Shown here: piece after piece, positions 35,131 to 43,709 of the stretch
How the letters are laid out: every line of letters begins with the position of its first letter
How positions within the stretch are numbered: position 1 is the first letter of the stretch
Assembly (NCBI GenBank): GCA_029881055.1
Contig: JAOUNH010000001.1
Span: 1 to 63,111, forward strand
Direction: 5' to 3'
Source: Gammaproteobacteria bacterium
Lineage (GTDB): Bacteria; Pseudomonadota; Gammaproteobacteria; Steroidobacterales; Woeseiaceae
DNA: 63,111 nucleotides
Translations under genes and position numbers: made by a program
The notes under the pieces: generated by a model
Databases searched by the model: none
The model's input: the letters and a program-made list of their open reading frames with translations, nothing else
Told to the model about the DNA's origin: nothing

Positions 35131-36189
35131 CTAGCCGCCGAAATTGACCTTGGCTTCGAGGTTGGCACGCGAGTCGGCGTGCGACATTGCTTCGTCCAGC
35201 GTGATCGTGCCCTTCTTGTAGAGGTCCAGAAGTGCGTCGTCGAAGCAAACCATGCCTTGCTCGCCGCTGTCTTTGTGCGCTTCTTTGACCGCTGAAATGT
35301 CACCCTTCAGAATCAGATCCTTGATATGCGGTGTATTCAGCATCAGCTCGACGGCCGCAACGCGCTTGCCGTTGCGAGCACGCACGAGGCGCTGCGACAG
35401 GATCGCACGCAAATAATGCGCGAGATCCATAAAGACCTGCCCGTGCTGTTCCTGCGGGAACAGATTGATGATTCGATCGAGTGTCTCGGGTGCGTTATTC
35501 GAGTGCACCGTTGCCAGCACGAGATGTCCTGTGCCTGCCATATCCAAAGCCGCTCGCATTGACTCAGTGTCACGTATTTCGCCAATCTGTATGACGTCCG
35601 GTGCTGCGCGAACGGCGCTCTTCAGCGCACGCTGGTAGGACTTCGTATCCAGGCCCACTTCGCGCTGGTTGATGATCGACTGTTTGTTCGGGTGCAGGAA
35701 CTCAATCGGGTCTTCAATCGTAATGATGTGTGACGATGTCTTCTCGTTCCGATAATTGATCATCGCCGCCAGTGTGGTTGACTTACCGGCACCCGTAGCA
35801 CCCACCATCAGGATCAGGCCACGACGCAGCATGACGAGTTCCTTCAGCTGGTCGGGCATGCCCAGCTCGTCGAGCGTCGGCAAGTCCGAGGTGATGTAAC
35901 GCAAAACCATTGAAACACTGCCGCGCTGATGGAAAACATTCACACGAAATCGACCGAGACCTTTCTCGGACAGCGCGAAGTCGATTTCCAGCTCCCGGTT
36001 GAAAATATCCATCTGCTCTTCAGTCATCAGCTCGAATGCAGCCTGCTTGACCATCTTCGGCGTCATTTCCAGCTTGTTGACGGGCATGATCTTGCCTTCG
36101 ATCTTTATTTTCGCCGGAGAAAACGGCGCAAAGAAAAGGTCGGAGGCTTTCTTCTCGACCATCAGCTTGAATAGTGGCTTAACGTTCAT
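35131..36189 (-). CDS. PilT/PilU-family type IV pilus retraction ATPase, second PilU-like paralog
   Basis: Walker A (GATGAGKSTT), Asp box (ITIEDPIEF), Walker B (PDVIQIGEIRD) and His box (GHLVLATVHSNNA) are present. It has TPHIKDLILKGD in place of the PilT AIRNLIREGK motif. Confidence 0.85.
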   Translation of the reverse strand: MNVKPLFKLMVEKKASDLFFAPFSPAKIKIEGKIMPVNKLEMTPKMVKQAAFELMTEEQMDIFNRELEIDFALSEKGLGRFRVNVFHQRGSVSMVLRYITSDLPTLDELGMPDQLKELVMLRRGLILMVGATGAGKSTTLAAMINYRNEKTSSHIITIEDPIEFLHPNKQSIINQREVGLDTKSYQRALKSAVRAAPDVIQIGEIRDTESMRAALDMAGTGHLVLATVHSNNAPETLDRIINLFPQEQHGQVFMDLAHYLRAILSQRLVRARNGKRVAAVELMLNTPHIKDLILKGDISAVKEAHKDSGEQGMVCFDDALLDLYKKGTITLDEAMSHADSRANLEAKVNFGG

Positions 36190-36212
36190 TGTCTAGTCTC
36201 GTCCCTGTCAGC

Positions 36213-37370
36213 TCAGAAAGTCCGAGCCGTGTCCTCGTCCATGATGCGTAAACTTTCGGATTGTTGATCTGCATGTGAGGAATCGCGTTTACTCTGGAGT
36301 TTGATTCGTAGCCGCAGTTCGTTCTTGGAGTCAGCGTTACGCATTGCCTCTTCGTAGGTAATCGCGGCATCCTCGTAGAGAGAAAACAAGGACTGGTCGA
36401 AAGTCTGCATGCCTAGTCGAGTCGACTTCGCCATGATTTCCTTAATCTGACCGACCTCACCTTTGAAAATCAGGTCCTGGATCAATGGCGTATTCAGCAT
36501 GATCTCCATCGCCGCAACGCGGCCAATGCCACCTTCGCGCGGCACGAGGCGCTGCGATATGAAAGCCTTGGTGTTGAGCGAGAGATCCATCAACAGCTGC
36601 TGACGTCTTTCCTCGGGGAAGAAGTTGATAATTCGGTCGAGCGCCTGGTTAGCGCTGTTCGCATGCAGCGTTGCAAGACACAGGTGACCCGTTTCGGCGA
36701 ACTGGATTCCGTATTCCATGGTTTCCTTGTCACGAATTTCGCCGATCAGGATGACGTCGGGTGCCTGGCGCAAAGTATTCTTCAGCGCGGCGTGCCAGGA
36801 CTCCGTATCAACACCGACTTCTCGCTGCGTAATGACGCAGCCCTGGTGTGGATGAACGTACTCGATGGGGTCTTCGATTGAAACGATATGACCACGCGAG
36901 TTTTGATTACGGTGACCAATCATCGCGGCCAGCGTTGTCGACTTACCTGAACCTGTACCACCGACGATGATGCAAAGCCCGCGCTTATTCATGACTACGT
37001 CTTTCAGAATAGGCGGAAGCTCCAGGTCTTCGAGCGTTGGGATCTCTGTCGTAATCGTTCTGAGAACTGCACCGACCATGCCCTGCTGAATAAATGCACT
37101 AACACGGAATCGGCCGATTCCCTGCGGCGCTATTGCGAAATTCGCTTCCTTGGTCGCGTCAAATTCCTTGATCTGCTTATCGTTCATGATTGAACGAACC
37201 ATGATCGCCGCCTGGTCCGGTGACAAAGGCGTATCAGTTGCTTTGTGAATAGTGCCATCGACCTTGATCGCCGGCGGAAATGACGCCGTGATAAACAGAT
37301 CGGAGCCATCCCGTTCGACCATTTTTCGCAGCAGGTTCTGTGTTAGCCGTACCGCTTGTTCGCGTTCCAT
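36213..37370 (-). CDS. pilU: Type IV pilus ATPase PilU
   Basis: 385 aa with Walker A (GGTGSGKSTT), VSIEDPIEY, GHLCLATLHANSA and the PilU-type TPLIQDLIFKGE. It lies directly downstream of pilT. Confidence 0.88.
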   Translation of the reverse strand: MEREQAVRLTQNLLRKMVERDGSDLFITASFPPAIKVDGTIHKATDTPLSPDQAAIMVRSIMNDKQIKEFDATKEANFAIAPQGIGRFRVSAFIQQGMVGAVLRTITTEIPTLEDLELPPILKDVVMNKRGLCIIVGGTGSGKSTTLAAMIGHRNQNSRGHIVSIEDPIEYVHPHQGCVITQREVGVDTESWHAALKNTLRQAPDVILIGEIRDKETMEYGIQFAETGHLCLATLHANSANQALDRIINFFPEERRQQLLMDLSLNTKAFISQRLVPREGGIGRVAAMEIMLNTPLIQDLIFKGEVGQIKEIMAKSTRLGMQTFDQSLFSLYEDAAITYEEAMRNADSKNELRLRIKLQSKRDSSHADQQSESLRIMDEDTARTF

Positions 37371-37408
37371 TATTCCACTCCAATCGGGCTGCGCTTAATG
37401 CCGCTGCC

Positions 37409-38449
37409 TCAGAAATTATCCTTGTTGGCCGCCTTGAAGCGCGCCTCTTCCTTGTTGATCAGCCCCTTCTTCAAAAGATCCTGAAGATTCTGATCCAGCG
37501 TTTGCATTCCTGAACCCTGGCCCGTCTGGATCGCGGAATACATCTGGGCGATCTTGCCTTCGCGAATCAGGTTTCTGATTGCCGGCGTACCGACCATCAC
37601 TTCATGCGCAGCGATTCGGCCGCCGCCAACTCGCTTCAGCAGCGTTTGCGAAATAACCGCTCGCAGAGATTCGGACAACATCGCCCGTACCATTTCTTTT
37701 TCGGCCGCGGGGAAAACATCGACGATACGATCGATGGTTTTGGCCGCTGAACTGGTGTGCAAGGTACCGAAAACGAGATGTCCTGTTTCAGCTCCGGTCA
37801 GTGCCAGTCGTATCGTTTCAAGGTCGCGAAGCTCGCCGACCAGAATTACGTCGGGGTCCTCGCGCAGGGCCGAGCGCAAGGCCTCATTGAATCCCAGCGT
37901 ATCGCGGTGCACTTCACGCTGGTTGATCAGTGACTTTTTCGATTCGTGGACAAACTCGATCGGATCCTCGATCGTAAGTATGTGATCAGGCTTGTTTACG
38001 TTGATGTAGTCGACCATCGCCGCCAGCGTCGTCGATTTGCCGGAACCCGTCGGTCCGGTTACCAGGACAATGCCGCGGGGATGCATAGAGAGGTCTTTGA
38101 ATATCGCCGGCGCGCCCAGGTCATCGAGCGTCAGGATCTCCGAGGGAATGGTCCTGAACACGGCAGCGGATCCGCGATTCTGGTTGAACGCATTGACACG
38201 AAAACGGGCCAGTTTCGGGATTTCAAAAGAGAAGTCAGTCTCGAGGAATTCTTCATAGTCTTTACGCTGCTTGTCATTCATGATGTCGTACACCATGCTA
38301 TTGACGTCCTTGTGGGTCAGCGCCGGCATATTGATACGCTTGATGTCGCCATCGACGCGAATCATGGGCGGTACGCCTCCCGACAGGTGCAGGTCTGAAG
38401 CGTTGTTCTTTACCGCGAACGACAAAAGCTGAGCAACGTCGACGGCCAT
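37409..38449 (-). CDS. pilT: Twitching-motility ATPase PilT
   Basis: 346 aa with GPTGSGKSTT, TIEDPIEF, GHLVFGTLHTSSA and the PilT-specific AIRNLIREGK motif. It is divergent from yggS, as in Pseudomonas. Confidence 0.93.
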   Translation of the reverse strand: MAVDVAQLLSFAVKNNASDLHLSGGVPPMIRVDGDIKRINMPALTHKDVNSMVYDIMNDKQRKDYEEFLETDFSFEIPKLARFRVNAFNQNRGSAAVFRTIPSEILTLDDLGAPAIFKDLSMHPRGIVLVTGPTGSGKSTTLAAMVDYINVNKPDHILTIEDPIEFVHESKKSLINQREVHRDTLGFNEALRSALREDPDVILVGELRDLETIRLALTGAETGHLVFGTLHTSSAAKTIDRIVDVFPAAEKEMVRAMLSESLRAVISQTLLKRVGGGRIAAHEVMVGTPAIRNLIREGKIAQMYSAIQTGQGSGMQTLDQNLQDLLKKGLINKEEARFKAANKDNF

Positions 38450-38532
38450 GTTTTTCCCTCATTTGATGGTGCCGGACTTACCATAACCCGGCGCTTAGTG
38501 AGCCTAGTATAACCAAGCAACCGGACTAAAAC

Positions 38533-39216
38533 GTGATTGGAGTCACGGAAAACTTAGCTTTAATCAAAGATTTGCTCGCGTTTTCAGCCGTCGAGGCCGG
38601 ACGCGAGCCCGATGCCGTCACCCTGCTCGCCGTGAGCAAAAAACAGCCCGTTTCGAGCATCCTCACCGCCGCCGCCGCCGGGCAACGCGATTTCGGTGAA
38701 AACTTTGTCCAGGAGGGCATCGAAAAGATCAGTCAGATTCGGGACAGAAATCTCATCTGGCACTTCATCGGCCACCTGCAGACCAATAAAACACGACTGG
38801 TCGCCGAGAACTTTGACTGGGTTCACACGATCGACAAACTGAAAACCGCAAGGCGCCTCAGCGAGCAGCGACCGGAATCCCTCGAACCGCTGAATGTGTG
38901 CCTGCAGGTCAATGTCGACGACGAAGCATCCAAGTCCGGCCTGCTGCCCGAGGCCCTGCCGGAACTTGCCGCCGCCGTCGCCGAATTACCCGGGCTGTCC
39001 CTGCGGGGGCTCATGTGCCTGCCAGCAGCCCGGCTTGAATTCGAAGCACAGCGAGTGCCCTTCGCTCGCCTTCGAAAGATGGCAGAATCCCTGTCCGCAA
39101 TTGGCTGCCGTACCGATACACTGTCGATGGGTATGAGCGACGATTACCGGGCGGCAATTTTTGAAGGTGCGACCATCGTACGCATCGGTACCGCGATCTT
39201 CGGACCGAGAACCTGA
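38533..39216 (+). CDS. yggS: PLP-binding homeostasis protein YggS
   Basis: The PLP lysine context (LLAVSKKQ) and the FGENFVQEG and WHFIGHLQTNK motifs are present. Confidence 0.9.
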   Translation: MIGVTENLALIKDLLAFSAVEAGREPDAVTLLAVSKKQPVSSILTAAAAGQRDFGENFVQEGIEKISQIRDRNLIWHFIGHLQTNKTRLVAENFDWVHTIDKLKTARRLSEQRPESLEPLNVCLQVNVDDEASKSGLLPEALPELAAAVAELPGLSLRGLMCLPAARLEFEAQRVPFARLRKMAESLSAIGCRTDTLSMGMSDDYRAAIFEGATIVRIGTAIFGPRT

Positions 39217-39218
39217 GG

Positions 39219-40070
39219 GTGGAAGAAAATATGCAGCAGGACAGCATTGCTTTTGTCGGCGGCGGCAACATGACCCGGGCTATTGTTGGTGGTCTGCTCG
39301 AAGGCGGTCATCCGGCCGAGCGCATTTCCATCGCCGAGCCTTCCGCCAGCCAGCGCGAGATTCTCGACAGTGCCTTTCCCGGAGTCTTTGTTACCGCTGG
39401 TAATGACGAGGCCGTGTCCCGGGGCGCCAGTGTGATTCTTGCCGTGAAACCACAGGTCATCGCGTCGGTCTGCCGAGAACTTGCGGTGGCAGTCCGGAAC
39501 TCGCGCCCGCTGATAATTTCGATTGCCGCCGGACCACGCATAGCCGATATCGACAACTGGCTTGGCGGCGGCAATGCCGTTGTTCGAGTCATGCCCAATC
39601 AACCCGCCCTGCTGCGAAAAGGTATCTCGGGTATATACGCCAACCGTGCAACTACGCCGGAACAGCTGGTGACTGCAAAAGAAATTATGTCGGCCGTCGG
39701 CGCGGTCGTCACCGTGCACAGCGAACAGGACATCGATGCGGTAACCGCCATATCCGGAAGTGGGCCGGCCTATTTCTTTTTATTGATCGACATGCTCGCG
39801 GAAACCGGCGCAAACCTCGGGCTCAATGCTGACGCGGCGCGCCAGCTCGCCATCGAAACCGCGTGCGGAGCGGCAACGCTGGCGCAATCCTCGGACTGCA
39901 CCATGAACGAGCTTATTGCGCGAGTCCGGTCGCCTGGCGGCACAACCGCGGCGGCGCTCGACAGCCTCGAAGCCAGCGGCATCCGTGATATCTTCGCAAG
40001 AGCTCTGACGGCCGCGCGCGACAGGGCCATCGTACTTGCCGACAATGCACACACCTCAGGTCAGGACTGA
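39219..40070 (+). CDS. proC: Pyrroline-5-carboxylate reductase
   Basis: Rossmann motif (IAFVGGGNM), VILAVKPQ, and the C-terminal signature (VRSPGGTTAAAL). Confidence 0.92.
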   Translation: MEENMQQDSIAFVGGGNMTRAIVGGLLEGGHPAERISIAEPSASQREILDSAFPGVFVTAGNDEAVSRGASVILAVKPQVIASVCRELAVAVRNSRPLIISIAAGPRIADIDNWLGGGNAVVRVMPNQPALLRKGISGIYANRATTPEQLVTAKEIMSAVGAVVTVHSEQDIDAVTAISGSGPAYFFLLIDMLAETGANLGLNADAARQLAIETACGAATLAQSSDCTMNELIARVRSPGGTTAAALDSLEASGIRDIFARALTAARDRAIVLADNAHTSGQD

Positions 40071-40073
40071 TTC

Positions 40074-40634
40074 ATGCCATCCAATATCGCCTCGGCACTG
40101 GTTTTTATCGTTAATGCTGTCAGCAGCCTTTACCTGCTGGTACTGCTATTGAGATTCTGGTTACCGTGGCTTCGTGCGGATTTTCGGAACCCTCTTGCGC
40201 AGGGAATCCTGAAGCTCACCTCGCCCGTGATTATTCCCGTGCGGCGCCTGGTGCCTTCGTTTGGTCGACTCGATACAGCGACAATACTGGTCGCGTTCGT
40301 CCTGCAGTGTCTTGCGCTACTGCTAATACTTCTGATCCTGGGCGCAAGCGCGAATTTCTCGACGATCGCGATATCCGCACTCGCAAAGCTCGTCCTGCTT
40401 TCCGTTAACCTTTTCATGTTTGCGATCTTCATACGCATCGTCCTGAGTTGGATCGCGCCGGGCCAGTACAATCCTGCGACAGCGATTATTACGACACTGA
40501 CCGAACCCCTGCTGGCACCGGTGCGAAGAATCATTCCCCCGCTGGGCGGATTCGATATCTCGCCAATCTTCGTCATCATCGCGCTGGGGGCGTTGACTCG
40601 ATTGCTGATGGGCTTTAACCGGTTGGGGCTTTAG
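40074..40634 (+). CDS. yggT: YggT-family membrane protein
   Basis: 186 aa with two YGGT-like repeats (LLRFWLPWL...NPL / IRIVLSWIAPGQYNP). The conserved position is after proC. Confidence 0.85.
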   Translation: MPSNIASALVFIVNAVSSLYLLVLLLRFWLPWLRADFRNPLAQGILKLTSPVIIPVRRLVPSFGRLDTATILVAFVLQCLALLLILLILGASANFSTIAISALAKLVLLSVNLFMFAIFIRIVLSWIAPGQYNPATAIITTLTEPLLAPVRRIIPPLGGFDISPIFVIIALGALTRLLMGFNRLGL

Positions 40635-40728
40635 GAATAGTGGCGCAAACGGGTAAAGCGGCTTCCGAAGCTACCGGCGTGGCGATTCCTCATATGCGTG
40701 TAATGGTTTATAGTGATTCAAAAAGGGG

Positions 40729-41220
40729 ATGGTCGTTATGAATCCAAGAACATTATTGATTTCCGTGCCATTGTTGATTTGTCTGTCCGCTTGCGGGGGT
40801 TCGGGAGACCGGGCCAGTGCGCCGGTAGCCGAACCCGAGGAAGCGAGCTCTGCAGATATTGGCAATCACGTCGTCCACTTCAGCGCCCAAACCACCGACC
40901 ACCTTCCGCCCGCCGTCGCACGCGAGTACAACATCGTCCGCAGCAAGAATCGTGCAATGCTGAATGTGTCTGTTATCCGCAAGTCTGACAACCTGCCGGT
41001 CACAGCCGATGTCACAGTAAACACAGTCAATCTTACGGGCCAACTCAAGAACGTTACGATGCGCAAAATCGAAGAGCCCGGCGATATCATTGCAATTTAT
41101 TACATCGGCGACACGACGGTTGCCAACCGGGAAGTTCTTGTATTTGACATCAACATAAAACCGGATAGCGAAGACACCTTTTCCGAACTTCGATTCAAGC
41201 GACAGTTCTATACCGACTAG
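40729..41220 (+). CDS. Lipoprotein, DUF4426-like
   Basis: It has a lipobox (LLICLSACGG) and a beta-rich 140-aa body. The family assignment is from memory of the conserved gene that follows yggT in pseudomonads and is tentative. Confidence 0.5.
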   Translation: MVVMNPRTLLISVPLLICLSACGGSGDRASAPVAEPEEASSADIGNHVVHFSAQTTDHLPPAVAREYNIVRSKNRAMLNVSVIRKSDNLPVTADVTVNTVNLTGQLKNVTMRKIEEPGDIIAIYYIGDTTVANREVLVFDINIKPDSEDTFSELRFKRQFYTD

Positions 41221-41313
41221 TTTTTTCGCAATACCCTAAAAAAGCCTTAAATAAAAGGCCTTTTTGCTGTCACGCCTGTTGAATAATGTGTTATCGTCGC
41301 GCTGCTTTCACTG

Positions 41314-41339
41314 CGGGCACTCGCCCGTTTTTGTTTTTT
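41314..41339 (+). promoter_or_regulatory. Terminator-like hairpin plus T-tract 19 nt upstream of the HU-family start codon
   Basis: CGGGC-ACTC-GCCCG is followed by TTTTTGTTTTTT. The RBS GAGGAG at 41342-41347 and the ATG at 41358 follow immediately. Confidence 0.4.
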
Positions 41340-41357
41340 CTGAGGAGTCAGTTTTTC

Positions 41358-41678
41358 ATGGCAGCAAATACCATTAAGGCACCGACCAAGTCCGAGATCT
41401 ATGCAAAGATCGTCGAGGACACCGGTCTGACGCGCAAAGACGTAGCAGCAGTATTCGAATCACTTAACGGCCAGATCAAGAAGAATCTTGGCGGTCGCAA
41501 TGCACCGGGCATGTTCACCGTTCCCGGCCTGTTGAAAATGCGCGTTGTGAAGAAGCCCGCTACCAAGGCTCGCAAGGGTGTTAACCCGTTCACTGGCGAA
41601 GAAATGATGTTCAAAGCAAAGCCGGCGTCGAGAGTCGTCAAGGTTTCTGCTCTGAAGGGCCTGAAAGACATGGCCTGA
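41358..41678 (+). CDS. HU/IHF-family DNA-binding protein (non-canonical HU-like)
   Basis: The 106-aa product has the beta-arm motif GVNPFTGEEMMFKAKPA and an N-terminal helix-turn-helix body (KSEIYAKIVEDTGLTRKDVAAVFESL). The RBS is GAGGAG. The upstream 24 codons of the track ORF are implausible. Confidence 0.83.
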   Translation: MAANTIKAPTKSEIYAKIVEDTGLTRKDVAAVFESLNGQIKKNLGGRNAPGMFTVPGLLKMRVVKKPATKARKGVNPFTGEEMMFKAKPASRVVKVSALKGLKDMA

Positions 41679-41704
41679 GGTTTGAACGTGAGTTTCAAAC
41701 AACA

Positions 41705-41725
41705 AAGCCGGGTTAATCCCGGCTT
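41705..41725. terminator. Bidirectional intrinsic terminator between convergent genes
   Basis: An 8-bp stem AAGCCGGG / CCCGGCTT with a 5-nt loop is flanked by A/T-rich runs on both sides. It lies between the HU-like gene (+) and the hydrolase gene (-). Confidence 0.55.
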
Positions 41726-41727
41726 AT

Positions 41728-42411
41728 TTATGCCCGGCTACTTTGCGATGGCGTTGCTTGCACAAACTGCGTGACCGACTCGCGAAGATCGAGCAGGCGG
41801 CCATGAAAAAAATGCTCCCCCCCCGGGATGATCAGGAGTTCCGGACCCGGCTCCAGCCCGTCGACCCAGGCGACGGTATCCTCGACCGGAACGAGTTCAT
41901 CCTCGTCTCCCTGGACGATCAGCCACGGACACCGGGGTTGTGTCTCAATACCGGACGCGATCCGCGTAATTGCAGGCGCGACGCTGATAAGACCGTCAAG
42001 CGTGGTCCGGGTGGCGGCTTTCACGGCGATGGCCGCGCCAAACGAGAAACCCGCGACCCAGATTGGCCCCTCGGGATAACGGGCGCGCATCCAGGCAATG
42101 GCGGCCAATGCGTCCTCCAGTTCCCCGTTGCCATCGTCGAATTTGCCCTCGCTGGCTTCCGTACCCCTGAAATTGAATCTCAATGCCGCGTAGCCCATGC
42201 GCAGGAAAGCACGCGCAAGGGTATGGGCGACCTTGTTGTGCATCGTCCCGCCATGTTGTGGATGTGGATGGCATACCACCACACAGCCGACTGCCGTGCC
42301 CGTATCCGGGCGCTCGACCATGGCCTCAAGGCGGCCCGCGGGCCCGTCAATGAATAACTTTTCGACTGCAGGAACGGCTGACATCGGTAATTCCAGGGTG
42401 GATAGATTCAT
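41728..42411 (-). CDS. Alpha/beta-fold hydrolase
   Basis: It has a nucleophile elbow (GFSFGA), a C-terminal D/H region (IVQGDEDELV ... GGEHFFHG) and HPHPQHGG near the N-terminus. Confidence 0.78.
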   Translation of the reverse strand: MNLSTLELPMSAVPAVEKLFIDGPAGRLEAMVERPDTGTAVGCVVVCHPHPQHGGTMHNKVAHTLARAFLRMGYAALRFNFRGTEASEGKFDDGNGELEDALAAIAWMRARYPEGPIWVAGFSFGAAIAVKAATRTTLDGLISVAPAITRIASGIETQPRCPWLIVQGDEDELVPVEDTVAWVDGLEPGPELLIIPGGEHFFHGRLLDLRESVTQFVQATPSQSSRA

Positions 42412-42638
42412 GAATACAGCTGTAAAATTATGATCTTATGTAATACTGCCACCGTTTGCTGGAGCGATCACTTTGGATCCTTGGCTTATTGGGTGCCGGC
42501 ATCGAACGCAACACACAATATAGCGCACACCATGCGGAAATAGACTGGGCTGTACTGCAACTGACTGAAGTATCGACAAAAATGGAAAACGTGCAACTTG
42601 CGTCTTAAGATTTGTTACCCGGAAGCTGGAAGTGACTG

Positions 42639-43709
42639 ATGCCTGAGATCAACGTCATACACATCGGAATCATTGCCGCATCGACCGTAATCGGCGCCAT
42701 CGTCGCCTGGATCCTCCGCGGCAAGCGGTCGCAACAGGAAAAAGCGGCCGTCAGTCGCGGATGGCAAGAGCAGATTAATGCTCAGCGATTGGAGCACGAC
42801 CGGCTGGTAGACCAGAACAAGGGCTTGATGGAGCAGATCAGCCAATATCTTGCGTCAAACCAGGATGCCAAGAATCGCGCAAAAGAGCTTTCGCTGGCTG
42901 TGCAGGAAGCCTATGCGCGTCGCGACGCCCTGCAGCGCGAGATCAAGGACATTCGCAGCAATCTCGAAGTTACGATTGCGCAGCGTAATCAGTTGAAGTC
43001 CGACATCAGCTCACGCGCCTCCGACGATGCGAAGTTGGAGAAGAAAGACGCACAAATCCGGAAACTGCAGCGCGAGCTGGATAACTGGCAAAACCGGCTC
43101 CCCCCTCTGATCGAGAAGTTTCGGCTGAAGAATGAGGAAGCAGAGCAATTGCGAGCAGAACTGGCGGCCGCCCATGCGCGCGTCGCTGAACTCGAGGTGG
43201 CGACGGATTTCAGCCAAACGCGGATTGAACCAGTGCGCGACCCCGACACGCTCACTGACGGCCGCGATGCCTCGAATGATCCGGACGACAGCGACGATGC
43301 CGAAGACCTGATCGACGTGGATGCAATGCTCGAGGACGACACCGACCCGGAAACGGCCGCCTCTGCTGCCGACAATGATGATGACGACGATGAGGAGTAC
43401 GAAGACGAAATCCTGGCGGTCGACGACGAGACCGAGGATGAAAGCGAGGACGAGGATGAAGGCGAGGACGAGGGCGACGAACCGATAAACGGTTCACGCG
43501 ATCAACTGCAGGCGATAAAAGGCGTTGGTCCGGCTATCGAAAAGACCCTCAACGAAATGGGCATATTCAGCTACCAGCAAATCGCCGACATGAGCGAATA
43601 CGACATCGATCGTATTGCCAGGCGCCTGAAAGGATTTCGCAGCCGTATCTATCGCGAAGACTGGATAGGGCAAGCACGCGAACTACGTGATCAAAAACAG
43701 AGCGGCTAG
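42639..43709 (+). CDS. Membrane-anchored coiled-coil protein with poly-acidic tract and C-terminal helix-hairpin-helix-like module
   Basis: An N-terminal TM helix with a positive-inside flank is followed by about 170 aa of heptad-like E/K/R/Q/L-rich sequence and a D/E tract (DNDDDDDEEYEDE...EDESEDEDEGEDEGDE). The C-terminus reads LQAIKGVGPAIEKTLNEMGIFSYQQIA...EDWIGQAREL. Confidence 0.6.
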   Translation: MPEINVIHIGIIAASTVIGAIVAWILRGKRSQQEKAAVSRGWQEQINAQRLEHDRLVDQNKGLMEQISQYLASNQDAKNRAKELSLAVQEAYARRDALQREIKDIRSNLEVTIAQRNQLKSDISSRASDDAKLEKKDAQIRKLQRELDNWQNRLPPLIEKFRLKNEEAEQLRAELAAAHARVAELEVATDFSQTRIEPVRDPDTLTDGRDASNDPDDSDDAEDLIDVDAMLEDDTDPETAASAADNDDDDDEEYEDEILAVDDETEDESEDEDEGEDEGDEPINGSRDQLQAIKGVGPAIEKTLNEMGIFSYQQIADMSEYDIDRIARRLKGFRSRIYREDWIGQARELRDQKQSG

